From positions 648,156 through 680,155 of the forward strand of contig NW_008806275.1 in NCBI RefSeq assembly GCF_000400465.1: a DNA stretch of 32,000 bases, written 5' to 3'. A program made the translations under genes and the position numbers. The notes below the pieces were generated by a model. That model had not been told where the DNA came from. It did not search any database and saw nothing but the letters and a program-made list of their open reading frames with translations. Within the stretch, counting starts at the first letter, position 1; each line of letters opens with the position of its first letter. Below are positions 11,403 through 24,356 of the stretch, one piece after another. The DNA comes from Wallemia ichthyophaga EXF-994 (lineage: Eukaryota > Fungi > Basidiomycota).

Positions 11403-14400
11403 TCAAGTATTGACTACCCAGACAACATTCGCAGGCCTCACGAATAACGCTTTGTGAGACTGGTTTGGTGTTTCTTGAACGGGTGGTTCGGAGAAAGCAG
11501 ACAAGCCAGAAGACTTTCTAAGACCATTGCCGCTGCCATTGCCATCACTCCTCTTGTCAATGCGACTTTGTAAGTTGAGGCTTGGGCGTGGCTCCATTGC
11601 ATTCCACTTCTCTCCTTTGATCTGGAAATGGCTTGTTAGACATATCACGAATAGAGACAAAAACACACATCAAAATAGCGCCTATCTTGAAGTATCCCAT
11701 CGTTCCATCCAGACACCGAATTCAGCTTCTCTTGGGTAATCTCCTCGGAAGGAATCTCGACGCCGACCCAGGGACCTAATTCATTAGCCAGTGTACCCAA
11801 GTATCTGACTAACGCTCTAAATCTAACAAAAGAGCTTGATTTACCTCTGCGTTTTGGTTTACAAGCAACAATGCAGGGTATACCAATACTCAGAGCGACG
11901 CCGTTAGGTTCAACGACTCTCCTTGGCGGTGGAATAGTGGGTGCTTGTGTGCTTTTCGACGGTGACTTTTGTGTGCTGTTCGATGAAGATCTCTGTGTGC
12001 TAATTGTTGGAGATCTTTTTGTTTCACTAGTCGGTGATGGCATGTCGGGGTGTTCGACAAGTGAAGCCATACTCATCCGAGTCGGAAGTGAGCGTTCAGT
12101 GAGCGATAATGAAGGAATACGCGACGGAACACTTTCATTGTCGTCGTCGTCTGTTTCTATGCCTCCCACAAAGCTCAGACTTTTGAGACTGTTGAGGTTA
12201 CTCCATCTTTGTGTCGATTTCGGAGAGCTTTTGTCACTATTGGATAGTGTTGCACGCGGTGTAGAGTTGACATCTTCTACGATCTCTTCCATCTCACTAA
12301 GTGAGGTGGAGTGCGGACGACGTGACTTTTTCTGGGGTGTTTGAATGTCACCTATTTGCTCATTTTCCTTTCCTTCGTCTTGCTGCTCGGAGGGAAGTTG
12401 GTCTATTCCTTGTAATTCTTCCTTGTCTTCCTCCTCTTCCATCTCCTTGCCCTCTCTCTGAGGCAAGGCAGCAGACATAGTCCTCGCGTCATTTTTACTG
12501 CCTCCCTCAAACTTGGCGGCTAAAGACCTTACACTACTCACCGGTTGCGACTGAGGGCGGGGGCGGCGATGGGGGCCATCAGCGTTATTCGTCATGGTAC
12601 CCCCTTTCTTCTCTAGTTTTTCTTTGTTGCTTTTCGGTGTCGAAGATTTACGCACGCTTATCGCATGTGTAGGGATAAGACTGGGAGAAGGAGTGCTCAT
12701 CCGTCTATTGGCAGGTGGGGTGAGTAGACTGGTGTCAGGTTCAGTACGCGTGCCGGTACCCATACCGGTGCTATTTCTTTGTCTGTGCTTCTGATTCTGC
12801 TCATCACGACTACTGCTTCCGATACTGCCTGCGCCACTCACACCACTCGAAAGGGAGTGATTGCGCATGAGTTTGGGTATGTGTGAGCTATTTCTTCCAT
12901 CGCGAGTACTTTGATTCTGCACGCTTTGGACGCTCTGGCTCCGTCTGTGGATATCTTCTGGGCTTTTCGGTTGGGTAGTAGAAGAGGACGTGCGGCTTGG
13001 TTTGGCGCCGAAGCCGGAGCGTACTGAAGGCGGTGTTGATGGTGAGTGTGAGTGTGAGTTTGATGTTGAAGATGAGGCTGAACTATACGCTACGGGACGT
13101 CTTCCGGGGTATTTGCTAGGAGTATTTTGACTGCTTTGCCTGGTTTGCGTGGTTGGCGTAGTGCGAGGGGATGAATTGCGCATCGCACTCGCTGTCGATG
13201 TACCGTTTGGTGTAGACGTGCTCGCGCTTAGGCTACCGGCGCGACGAGGAGGCATCTCGCGCGATACAGCATCTCTAGAAGGACTGGCGCTGACTGAAGC
13301 AGTACGAAATGGAGTGGACGTCGTACGTGTGTGCGTGTGAGTGGGTGTGATAATATTCTTGCTACTACCACCACCAGCCGCATTGCGAATCGTACCTGCT
13401 GCACTGCGCAATACACTCGCTCTCAACCCATCACTGTCATCTTTACGTCCTGCGTTGACCGGTTTCCTCACCACCCTGCGAGTTGTTTTTGGTGGGGAGG
13501 GTGAGGGTGTGTGGGGGGGTGCCTTAGGTTTTTGGGCTGCATTCATTTGGGGTGTTTGAGAGGTTTGTTCAAGTAGATCACTAACTGGCAAGTCTAGTTC
13601 TGTTGTTTGGTGTGTGACTCACTTGTTAGCCATCCACTCTCACCAAAAACGCTCTCACTCACCTATGCTCAGCTCATCGAGTGCCCAGTCATCAAGCAAA
13701 CCAAATCCACCTGCGGGATGCACATTCGAGAGCTTGACGTTCATCCACCTATTCCTCAACACTCCCAGAATCCTCTTGCGCTCCTCTTCGCACGTCTCGC
13801 GCGTGCTAGGCGTCAAGCATCTTCCGCCGTCCTGCTGGTGCTGTTGGTGCTCGTGCTCGTGCTCAATTTCCTCCGATCTGCGCAGCACTTTTTGAGTAAA
13901 GAGCTGGTAAACCAAGGCGCAATTATCGTCGTTGAGTATCTCCACAATAAGTTCGAGCAAGTGATCGAACGAGTCAGTAGAGAAGCCGACGCCGCGGACG
14001 AGGTCCCAGAACGACGGTGAGTCGAGAACGCCGGCGAGATGTTCGCTCAGCACGCACTTGATCTGAGCATCGACTGCGTCAAGCATGCTGTGCAACTCAT
14101 TCACCCATCCGCTATAACGCATCTCATTAGCAAGACGCTCTCTGGCACAAGCCACGCCACGCATTGTGCTAATCAGCGTCAAAGCCCCAACACCCTCGTT
14201 GACACCCTGCACTAACTTTCGACGCGTCACAAGAGGCAGCTCCGCTACATCCCTGTTCCACATATCTCCGAAGGCTTTGGTGCATACTTGGATAGCTGAA
14301 GCTTCCAAATCGGGCTCGTTCGTCGTTTCTCTCACTGCAAAGGCGAGGATGCGGGGTATACGAGAGAGACATTGTCGGTAGTTGGGTGTTTTGTGCGCAA

Positions 14401-15383
14401 ACCTAAAGTAGCTGGCCATCTCGGCTATCCTGGCTACAATCTGCTCCTTGAGTGGCTGGACATCGAGATATTCGGCCGCATCGTACACCTCGAAAGCAGT
14501 ACCGAGGTCGAGGGTGCGATTGGAAAAAACGACCGTTCCAGCGTAAAGATAACCCAACGCAAAATGGAGAGAAGCAGGGGTAAATGGTGGTTGGTGGAGA
14601 GTAATTGTGCGCGGTGCTCGTGCGTCCGCGTTTGCGTTTTGAACGGATTCGAAAAAGCCACTGCTGGTGGAGAGAATGTTGGCAAAGTAAGTAGACCGCG
14701 AGGCGAGGATGGCTCTATGGGCAGAGAAGGTTGCGTCTATTTCGTCATTGTCTTGTTCGTCAGTGTCAGTGTCTGTGTGAGCGTGTGCGTCCGTAGCCTG
14801 GTCGCGATCATCACCAACGAGTATAATCTTGACGTCTGAAAAGAGAGTGGATCTCCACATGTACACCAAATCAAAGCGCATCTTCTGCCGACGTTCGTCG
14901 GTGCTTTGTGTATCGACGAGTGGCTGGTCGAATAAAAAATCAAAGCTGTCTCCATCGTCTGCCGTGTATAGGAATTTGAGTGCAGATGAGAGGATAGCAG
15001 GGGATGTTGATTGTGGGAGAGTGAGTGTGTTGCACGCTGGATTTGGCGACGGAGATGGAGATGGAGATGGAGATGGAGAGATGGTCGTGTTATTTGAAAA
15101 TTCGTTTGCAACGCCTCCAAGCCGTGGTAGATACTTGCTCAAGAATTGGCTTGGGGCACGGGCGTATAAGATTGCTACAGGGTCGTGTAAATATAAATAT
15201 TAATATTAATACACACTCACCCTTATGCGCATACACCAGTTCATCCTCACCGCCGTCCTGTTTCCAGCTTATATCGCTGTATCTCGATTGGGCGTTGGAG
15301 AATAAATCAGCGAGATCACTGAGCCAGGCTTCTTCCGACTGGCGCTCGCTGTCCCTTGCTTTGCTCTGCCAGTTGACTGACAT
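11403..15383 (-). CDS. Uncharacterised ~1274-aa protein: tandem BTB/POZ-like domains, long S/T/P/R-rich disordered region, C-terminal CAP-Gly domain; exons 15383-15221, 15174-13663, 13599-11669, 11621-11403
   Basis: BTB-like segments YSDISWK...VYAHKAILYARAP and FSDVKIIL...FSAHRAILASRSTYF. CAP-Gly-like segment VRYLGTL...PWVGVEIP...GWNDGILQDRRYF...ALFVRP. Three introns join the ORF-track fragments in frame. Confidence 0.82.
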
Positions 15384-15570
15384 GATGGTTGTTTGGCTGA
15401 GAGAGCTGAGAGGCAAGCAAACAGACAAACAAAGACAGCGGGTATTATTGGACATCAAGTGAACATTATCTAAACTCAGGGCATCGCTATTACATCAAAT
15501 GCATTTGCCCCTTAAAACTAAAACAAATTGAAACAGATGAGATAACGTGTGGTAAAATATTCCAAGGCTT

Positions 15571-17242
15571 TTATAGCGGGTGACTGTGGCTATTGTGGCT
15601 GTTGTGGCTGTTGTGGCTCTGGTTATTACTCCATTGCCTCTCGCTCCTACGCCCATATATACTACCAGACGGTGATGTCAGTGCCACAGCGGGCAGCTCA
15701 TAGCTTGCGAACGAAGGCACCGGTTTACGGGGCGGGACGTGGCTGTAGTGAGAGTTGTAAGTGGTGTTGCTGCTATTTTGTCTGTTGTGGGTGTATTGCG
15801 GCTGTGAATGGGTGAAAGTGTGAGTTTGATTAGGAGTGTGATTGTGAGTTTGACTTTGAGCTTGATCTATATTGCTTAGGGTTGGAAATTTCTGATGCTC
15901 TGGCTGCTCTGGTGTGCACTTATGCACCACACTGACAGCCTGCCCAAACTCTCTACCCTTCACTTCATTTCCATCTGAATCCTGCGCGCCCCTCTGGCTG
16001 TTAACAATAGTACTACCGTCTACATCTTCAATGCTCGACAACTTGCTGAACTGTCTCCTGTCCGAGCTGTCTAGTCTGTTGACTCCTTCTGTGTCAAGTT
16101 GAGGGTGTGATTGTGAATGTGAATATGAGCGTGAAAGTGATTGCGAGAGTGAGAGAGAATGCTGCGACCTGCCACGCGAGTTAGAAAGCCACGAGCTGCT
16201 ACTTTCGTCGAGGGACCGCGACGACAGAGTGGAAGAGTGTGAGTGTGATTGAGCATGTGAATGAGAGCATCTGCCAAAGAACCTTGAGAGTCCATCGAGG
16301 CCCCACACACTAAGCATTTCTCTTTGCGTAGCAAATATGACAAAGCTAGACAAAGAATCCGTAGCGGTAAGAATAGCTAAAGATTTATGAATAGTTTTTG
16401 TGCGATACTCAACACAAGCAACGACGAGTGTCATAATGATCCACACTAAATAAAGGGCTACGCGGAGGAGAATATCGCCATTAACTGCATGACGCTGCAA
16501 CTGTGTCTGAATCTTTAGCTGTCTGCGCGCGCTCCGCCCGAGTGAGAAGAAGAGAGCAAGTGCCCACACGGCAAAGAGGACGCAGAGGGCGAGGAGAACG
16601 ACGACGATGAGCATTGACGATTCGTGAATCGAATTATGAGACGGGTATATCGTGCAGTAGAAGTAGTAGCGTTGCGCGTATACCGGTGCCGCACGCGCTA
16701 CGGCACAGCTGTACGCTAGCACAGGTAGCACTATCAGCCATGGAAATGATAGCAGGAGCGGGTCCCAGGTAAGCAAGCGCGCGAGAACTTTCACAGGCTC
16801 AGCGGCAAGCACCTCAGCAAGCACGGCCCAGATCTGGCGCGGTTGGATTAGATATTGAGACACCTTACATACAATCACCACACACCTTCATCGTCAGCGC
16901 TAGAAGCGTACCACCTTGCATTAAAGGAGCGGCTATCGAGAGACACGCACTCGCTATGCGCAATCCGTCGCTAGGGTGCTTGTTAAGTGGCTCACCGGCA
17001 AATATGAGCAGCGTATAGCATACTGATGACGCAGCCATAGATAGGAAAAAAACCCAGCTCGATGAATGGCGGTGTATGCAGGTGGAGAGGATGATTGTCA
17101 GCGCAAGTAGTACGTGCAGGGGGATGGCGAGCATGTGCAGCACGGCGAATGCAACGACTTGTCGTAACGGCGGGACATCGGGGAGATGTTGGAGAATGAG
17201 ATGCGTGGCAACGTCTTCAGGGAGACCTTCTAGCTTGTCCAT
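15571..17242 (-). CDS. Orphan 7-transmembrane, GPCR-like protein A, ~539 aa; exons 17242-16886, 16833-15571
   Basis: Seven hydrophobic segments, YCTI after TM4, TM7 ending FVIFATQREMLSVW, and a long Ser/His-rich tail. It is a clear paralog of 17875-19576 with the intron at the same position. Confidence 0.75.
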
Positions 17243-17874
17243 GGCGTGGTGGAATTGATGAGCTGTGACCAGTGTAACTTATCGCGCACAGACGCGGAGT
17301 TCTGGGCACAGATGCGATTAAAATAGGTTAAAAAGCTGGGAATTCTGCAGCATCTGTATTAAGGGAGAATTAGGAGGTGTATCATAATTGTGCGATTCAG
17401 AGATTGTTGGCGAGAAGCCATGGTGGTTAGCGGAGAGGAGATGAACGGAAGATAGACTGAGTGTGAGCTGAATATGAGGTGGTTAATGGATGCATACTAT
17501 GCGAAACTTTATTTACGCTCGCCAAACGCATCTCGATCACTGACGAATAGCGGCGGCTAAATCAACATCCGAATATGTGTATGTATAAATGCATAGTGTA
17601 TAATTATCTGACTAATATTTTATAACATGTTGTGCGAGGTAATCTTAGTAACGAGAAACGGCAATAGGAACGGCAACAGCAGTGGTGATACAACCAGCAT
17701 CAACGCCTATTCTGGCGGCTGTGAGTGGGGATTGTGAGTTTGAGTATTACTGTGAACGGGGCTACGTGGAGGGCTGTGTTGTATTAAATCAGGGGTGTGA
17801 GCGCGTCTGTGAGCGTCAGCCTGTATATGCTGGCTCTTCTTAGCGTGTCGATGTGCCAAGCTATGAGCACGCTG

Positions 17875-19576
17875 CTACTGCTGCTGCAACGGGCCTGAAG
17901 AGGCGCCTGTTGCACCAGCTCCCCTAGACCCGTTCCTGTTCAAAGCCGGTCTGTAAGCAGATGCAGAGGCGGAGGTGGCCGACGTGGGCGAAGGCACGGG
18001 TGGAAGTTCATAGCTGGCAAACGAAGGTACTGGCTTGCGATGCGGGATGCTCGACTCCCTCTTATGGCCCATGACCGTGTCTGTGTGCCCCGCGCTACTT
18101 GCCTGCCCGTGCGTTAAACTCGTTGCTGGCGAAGAGGGCGTGTAAGTGGGTGTGTCTGTCGGTGTGTGCACTGGTGTGGCGAATGGAGAGGTGATTTCGC
18201 CAATTTCGTTCACTTCTGCCGTCTGCGTATGATTTTGGTCGTCGCTGTGGCCGCGACTAGGGATATACCTCTCATTCTGGCCTCTGCCATGTGTACCGTG
18301 ATTTCCCTGCGACGCCCGCTTGTGAACGACCTGTACTTCATCTTCACCTTCACCTTCTTCACCTCGATCCAAGCCGCCGTAAATATCTGGATCTTTAGCA
18401 TCCAGTTGTCTGTCTATCTCTCTATCCGAACGCTCAACGTCGATATCATACTCGCTATTATGGAAGTCATCGACGCTAGACAGTTTGCTAAATTCTTTGC
18501 GTGACGATGGATCGACATCGACCTCATCCATTTCACGTTCGTTGGTGAGATTAGTGATAGCGCGAGAGGATCTGCGGTCGCTGCTGCCCGTATAATCCGT
18601 CGACTGTGTACAGTTGAAGTATCTCGCCAAACTTCCAATACCCCACACCTTGAGCATGTCGCGCTGCGATGCGAAGATGAAGAAGGCTGCAATGGGGTTA
18701 GTGCTTACAAGAATGGCGAGTGGGACGTGTATGGTGCGTGTGCTGTACTCGATTGCGGATATAACGAGTGTCATGATGATCCAGCATGTGAAAGTCATTA
18801 CGCGGAATATGAGATCGGCGTTGATCTCGGAGCTGCCCTTCCGGCGTAAGGTCCTGCTCACGCTGAAGTAGAGGATGGAGGACCATATGGAGAAGATGAT
18901 TGTGAGAGCGAGCTCGATCATTGAAATAAGCATAGCGGTAACGTGAATGTCGTTCTTCTGTGGGAGGATGGTGCAGTAGAAGTGAAGCCTTTGCACCCAA
19001 CGGACGTTGTCAGAGGCCACGACAGCGGCGTAGATGAGGATGGGGAAAGTGATAATCCAGGTGAAGGAGAGGAGGAAAGGGTCGTAAGAGAATAGCTTGG
19101 CAATTGGGCGTACGTAGCGGGGTTCAACGAGATCGACGAGGACAGTCCAGACCTGTGCGAGCAAGTTAAATTGAGATAATTCAACCAATAAAGACAGCCA
19201 AACATACCTTTACAACGAGAGCTAAAGTGACACCGCCTTCAACGGTGGGGGATATGATGGCCAAGACAGCACTAGCAACTCTGACATTGTCAGAGGGGTG
19301 CTTGTTGCGAGGCTCACCGGCCCAAATCAAGAAGGAATAACAGAAAGAGGAGAAAGCCATGGCAAAGAAGAAGATCCAGCTTACGGGATGGCGGTGAATT
19401 CGTTTTGAGCAAATGATGGTGAGTGCCAGGATGATGAGGAGGGGAATGGCTAAAAGATTGAGGAAGAAGAAGCCAGAAAGCTGAGAGACTGGGGGAACAT
19501 CTGGGAGTTGACTGAGTATAAGTTGCTCGGCTTTTGCCTTTGGGAGAGCATCTAATTTGGCAGGATCAACGGACAT
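17875..19576 (-). CDS. Orphan 7-transmembrane, GPCR-like protein B, ~548 aa; exons 19576-19208, 19152-17875
   Basis: Seven hydrophobic segments, FYCTI, TM7 ending NPIAAFFIFASQRDMLKVW, and a long polar tail. The phase-0 intron after LALVVK matches LALTMK in paralog A. Confidence 0.75.
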
Positions 19577-19877
19577 TTAGAATAATTTAGATATAATATA
19601 ATTAAGATATAATATAATTAAATTCCCCGCCCCTCACTGTAGCTGTACAAGAGTATATTATTCAAAGACAGATTGGACGTTCTTCCCTGGCAATTCGTTT
19701 AACCGTAAATCTGTCAAATATATGTAAAAGAGGGGAAGTGGGGAGATGTGGTTGTTAATTAGAAGAGTTAATATTTTAAATTAAATTTTATTTATTTGCT
19801 TGTTGTACCTTACTTGTCAGTCACTCTTAAGTCACAATATCAGTGATTCTCGGCATCCACCACACGTGAAAATCCAG

Positions 19878-20531
19878 TCACCTCAAATTGTTATGGATCT
19901 TTAGTGATTGACTGGTGAATGGTAGGCTGTCTTGGTATTTTAAATTACCGCTGTAAGTACTGGTTAATAAATTGAATCAACGGAGATAACGTGGTTTACT
20001 CGGCCGGGGAGAAGAACGTTAAACCGCGGACATGACTATCTTTTCCGTTGAGATGGTTGGTGAGGATTGCCAATTGAACAACGAAAGCTGTAATTGGTTT
20101 ACTGGGGTTGATTTGTTAGATGTTCCAAGTACTCAAGGAAATACACACGCCTCATCAGATACACCATTATCTTCCAATTGTTTACTCGGTGTAATCACAT
20201 CCATAGTCTCATTATCCAAAGCAAAGTGATGCCATCCACGTGGCTGATTGAGTTCAATATGACGTATCTCTTGTAAATCGCCAAGGTAAGTACCTGCTCT
20301 AATTGAAAGAGTTTTAGGTGTATAACTATCATCCAATCCATGATCAAAGTAGATAGACATCTGTGATACACACACCCTACGCGTGAATTGCAATGTAATC
20401 AAATGTGGCTGTGGTCCATCACTCTGCCACACTGTTTCAGTGTTTTGATCTCTTAAACATTCTAGTCCATTTCCCTCTTTAAACGAAGACACAGACCAGT
20501 GTGCTATAGATGATAGATTGTATTTGGGCAT
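19878..20531 (-). CDS. APC10: Anaphase-promoting complex subunit 10 (Doc1), 185 aa; exons 20531-20149, 20101-20000, 19950-19878
   Basis: WSVSSFKEGNG, LRD..TETVWQSDGPQPH, DDSYTP, ILTNHLNGKDSHVRGL and a C-terminal LR tail (IR-tail type). Confidence 0.93.
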
Positions 20532-20695
20532 GACTTGGTAGTTGGTTGATTACTTTATATTTTATATTTATACGTGTTTTGTATTTATACGCGTATTGCA
20601 ACGCGCATTTGTATTTATATCTGACTTATACTGTGACTCACCACACCACCCCACTCTCACCCGCAAATCTTCCACCTTGCGTTCTCACTCAGACC

Positions 20696-21884
20696 ATGTC
20701 TAAACTAAATGCACTCGATGATCAGCGTGGGAGGGTTGTTACTAACGAATACACTCACAGCTAATATTTATGCAGGCATCAATCAAATTAGACCTCTAAT
20801 CCCTCCACAAATTCTCTATGAAGATCTTCCACTGACCGATGAGCTAGCTGAAGTTGTTGAGAAGGGCAGAAAGCAAGCTGAGGCTATTGTGCGAGTGAGT
20901 TTCACTTTTTATTTACCCACACACACACAACTTACTCACAATGCCCAGGGAAATGACGACAGATTACTCGTAATCGTTGGTCCATGTTCTATGCATGATC
21001 CTGCTGCTGCTTTGGATTACATCAAGTTACTCAAAGACTACGCTGATCATGCCTCAAACGACCTCTGCATTATCGCCCGTACCTACTTCGAGAAGCCACG
21101 CACTACCGTTGGCTGGAAGGGATTAATCAACGACCCTTTCCTCAATGACTCCAATGAAATAAACAGAGGTCTACGTATTGGTAGGAAGCTCCTGCTCGAT
21201 ATTGTATCTCTCGGTATGCCCACTGCCTGTGAATTCCTTGACACTATTACCCCTCAATTCACTGCAGACGTTAGCTCATGGGGCGCTATTGGTGCCCGTA
21301 CCACTGAATCTCAAGTACACCGCGAGCTTGCATCTGGTTTGAGCATGCCCATCGGCTTCAAGAATGGCACCGATGGTAATATTCAAGTGGCCATCGACGC
21401 AATTAGATCGTCGCGCTCCCCTCATACTTTCCTCTCAGTGACCAAGCAAGGCTTGGCTGCTATTGTGGAGTCTCAAGGCAATCCATACGGCCATGTCATT
21501 CTTCGCGGTGGAAAGACACCTAATTACGAAAAGCATTTTGTTGAAAGCGCAGCAGAGCAACTACACAAAGCTGGTCTTACTAATAAACTCATGATCGATT
21601 GCTCTCATGGTAACTCTTCCAAACAACACGCTAGACAGTGCATCGTGGCTGATGACATCACTCAACAACTCAGCGCGGGTGGTGAGCATGCAGAGCGTAT
21701 AATGGGTGTCATGATGGAATCTAATATCAACGATGGTCGTCAGAACATGCCTGAGGGTGGTCCAAACGAGTTGGAGTATGGTGTGTCTATTACGGACGCT
21801 TGCATTGATTGGAGCACAACAGTCAGCACACTCGATAATCTTCGCAATGGTGTACAGCAACGTCGTCAGAATAGAAACAATTAG
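20696..21884 (+). CDS. ARO3: Class I DAHP synthase, 361 aa, probably Phe-sensitive type; exons 20696-20726, 20776-20894, 20949-21884
   Basis: IVGPCSMHD, YFEKPRTTVGWKGLINDP, IGARTTESQVHRELASG, DCSHGNS, SITDACI. HTFLSVTK has Ser at the position that separates yeast Aro3 (Ser, Phe-inhibited) from Aro4 (Gly, Tyr-inhibited). Confidence 0.93.
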
Positions 21885-22123
21885 TTAAAGTATTTATATT
21901 CCCATGGATAATGCATTAAATTGAGTAATGTGTTTGTGAGGGGCCGTAAGGGGTAATTAATTTATCTCTATATAACACAGCTTTTAATTATTACTCACTT
22001 AAACTTATTCTCACGTCTTGATACTTGAACCCAATTTCACTCCACTCGCTCACCCCCACATTCCCCTTCCATTTCAAACAAACACATCTTGCGCAGCAAC
22101 CATCAACAACAACAGCACCATAA

Positions 22124-23182
22124 ATGGCACAAACACAAACGCAATCACAAGCACGCCAAACACACGCTTCAGAACGCTACGAAACAATCCACCGCCTCCT
22201 CCAAATCCCTCTTATCAGGGATGGATTGGAGTACAGCAACGACGTTCTCCAGCGCTATCCACTGGCTCAAAGAGCGTGGTCGACGGGCTATGGCCTGGCA
22301 ACGGGTGTATCGCTCCCGCTGCTCAACGGCCCGCTCAACAAACCCGCCCAAATGCTCGACATATACTCGCTCCACCTGCTCGAGTACATCGCTAGCACGT
22401 TCCCGTACGCCTTCCAGAAGAATACGGGGGAGGTGTACCACGACGTCAAGCAGCCACTTGATACGGGCAAGCAGCGCATCAATGCGGACATAGTAACCCC
22501 GGCGCTCCTCCACATTGAGAACCTCGTCCATCGGTTCATACCGGCGAGTGAGCAAAAGGATACGCGCGACCTCTCTCCAGCAACGCGCACTATCCTCCTC
22601 AAAAACGAGGTCACGGACTACCTCACCACCGTCAGCACCGACCAGTGGAAGAAGCTGCGTCAGAACGAATGGGTCGACCACTACGCTGAATTCGTTGCTG
22701 ATCAGACCTCCTCTTTTCTCAAGGCCGTCAGCGAGTCCAAGGAGAACGTCGAGGGGCGCACCAACGACCTCCTCAATATGCTCCGTAGCGAGAAGGAGAA
22801 GATCGAGGGACGCGTAGCTAGACTCCCAACCGACGCTCGAAAGCGAGTAGAACCCGCTTTCCAAAGAGTCGAAAACGCCTACAAGGAAATGACGATACTC
22901 GCGAGTGATGAAACTATCCCCGCTAGAGACAAAGCAACGAAACTAGGCGACTTTATTACTTGTAATGGTGTGTATTGTGGGTATTAGCTGTGTTACACTA
23001 ACTACCTCCTCGCAGCCGTTCCCGTCCTCAAGTCCCTCCAGGAAATGCTCATCTCCACCGAAAAGGAGCTCGAAAAGACGGTCAACGATCAGACTGAGAA
23101 ATTTGACGAGAAAAAGGATAAAGGGGACGTTAGATCTGTTAGATCTGCTAAGAAGGGTAAAGGGAGTAGTGACGGTGCGTGA
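22124..23182 (+). CDS. Perilipin-like (fungal PAT family) lipid-droplet protein; exons 22124-22967, 23016-23182 (an alternative end at 23232 is possible)
   Basis: The N-terminal pattern HRLLQIPLIRDGL...P...LD...L..I...FPY...TGEV resembles fungal perilipin-like proteins and is followed by helical, charged segments. The family call is pattern recognition only. Confidence 0.6.
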
Positions 23183-23516
23183 GTGTTCAGTATATCATCG
23201 TTTGTTTCTCGAATAGGAAGCAACTCAAGTAATTTTACACAGCTTTTCAACTTTTTTCAAATCAGATAATCAAATAATTACAGCATCTCTATTCTCACTC
23301 TTCTCATTCTACTAGCACATGATTCGTCAACGTCAACCATCTTGTACAGCCACCGAGCCAGTTCTGTTGTATAGTTGTATGAATATACTTTTGTCACACC
23401 AATCACACTCGTCACACTCCTCACGCCCCCATAAACAAGAATGCAAAAAGAATCAAATTTACAAACTTGCAAACTTAACGGTCTTTGACAGTAGAGAAAG
23501 GTTGAAGCCACTCAAT

Positions 23517-24060
23517 TTAAGCACGTGGGGCACCACGACCGACACCGCCCTGTAGAGTTTCTTGTGAGTAAAAATCCACCTCAAAAACCATTGCACTTAC
23601 GAAACGTGGACGGAAGCCAGCATCAGCACCCTCCTTAGCATCAGCACGACGGTAAGAGTCACGGTCATCTCTGCCACCCTTGAATGCCTCTCCTTGCTGT
23701 CTGACCTGTGCTGGTCTTGCTGGTCTAGCAGCCTTACGGTGAGTGTTTGGTACAATCTCTGAAGGCAAGTGGAGGAACTCTCTGAGGTAGTCTAATCCCT
23801 CTGGTGTGAGAGTGTAGTAGAACCATTGCCATGAGAATTGGGTCTTAACGAATCCCTTGCTAGTGAGCGATTGCATCAACTTGATTACCTCGAGGTTAGG
23901 CACGTTGAGCTCATCGTGCTTGATTTCGTAGTCCTTCTGAGCGACGATTACTCCTTCCTTGAAAAGGTTTTCGAGGATTGCTCTACGGTTTTGCTGTGTG
24001 GTGTGAGTCTGTGATGTAGTGTGATTCTCCCACTGCCCAACTCACCTTCGAGATAATCAT
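23517..24060 (-). CDS. RPS10: 40S ribosomal protein S10 (eS10), 146 aa; exons 24060-24046, 23993-23601, 23549-23517
   Basis: [26 protein letters not shown]...[47 protein letters not shown]...GGVGRG. Confidence 0.97.
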
Positions 24061-24356
24061 GCTGCTAGAAGACCGCCTGTAACGCTATCAACATTTATTC
24101 TACTCCTCTCTCTTCAAACTCACTGAGATTGTCACTGAGGAAGGCGAGGGTGAGGCGCTTAAAATTCATCCTACGACAATTTCTAAAAATTTGAAATTCA
24201 CAGGTAAGTGGTAGTATTTGACGGTTTTTGTTGTGAGTATATTGAGAGTCTTCTAATGCTCTTTAAACTTGCTTTTCAAATGCATTTCCACATCTCCTCT
24301 TATAATCACCACAACGTATCTGCAAAACATGTTGATAAATATACACGTACGAGCGC

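Noticed and set aside
15048-15080. (GATGGA)n repeat, plus 9-bp repeats at ~15585-15613 and (ATCTCC)3 at ~25930
   Set aside because: Ordinary coding microsatellites (SP, SHN and EM repeats); not CRISPR-like or structural arrays.
20589-20606. MCB-like ACGCGT/ACGCGC between APC10 and ARO3
   Set aside because: A 6-bp motif is expected by chance and there is no expression or conservation evidence.
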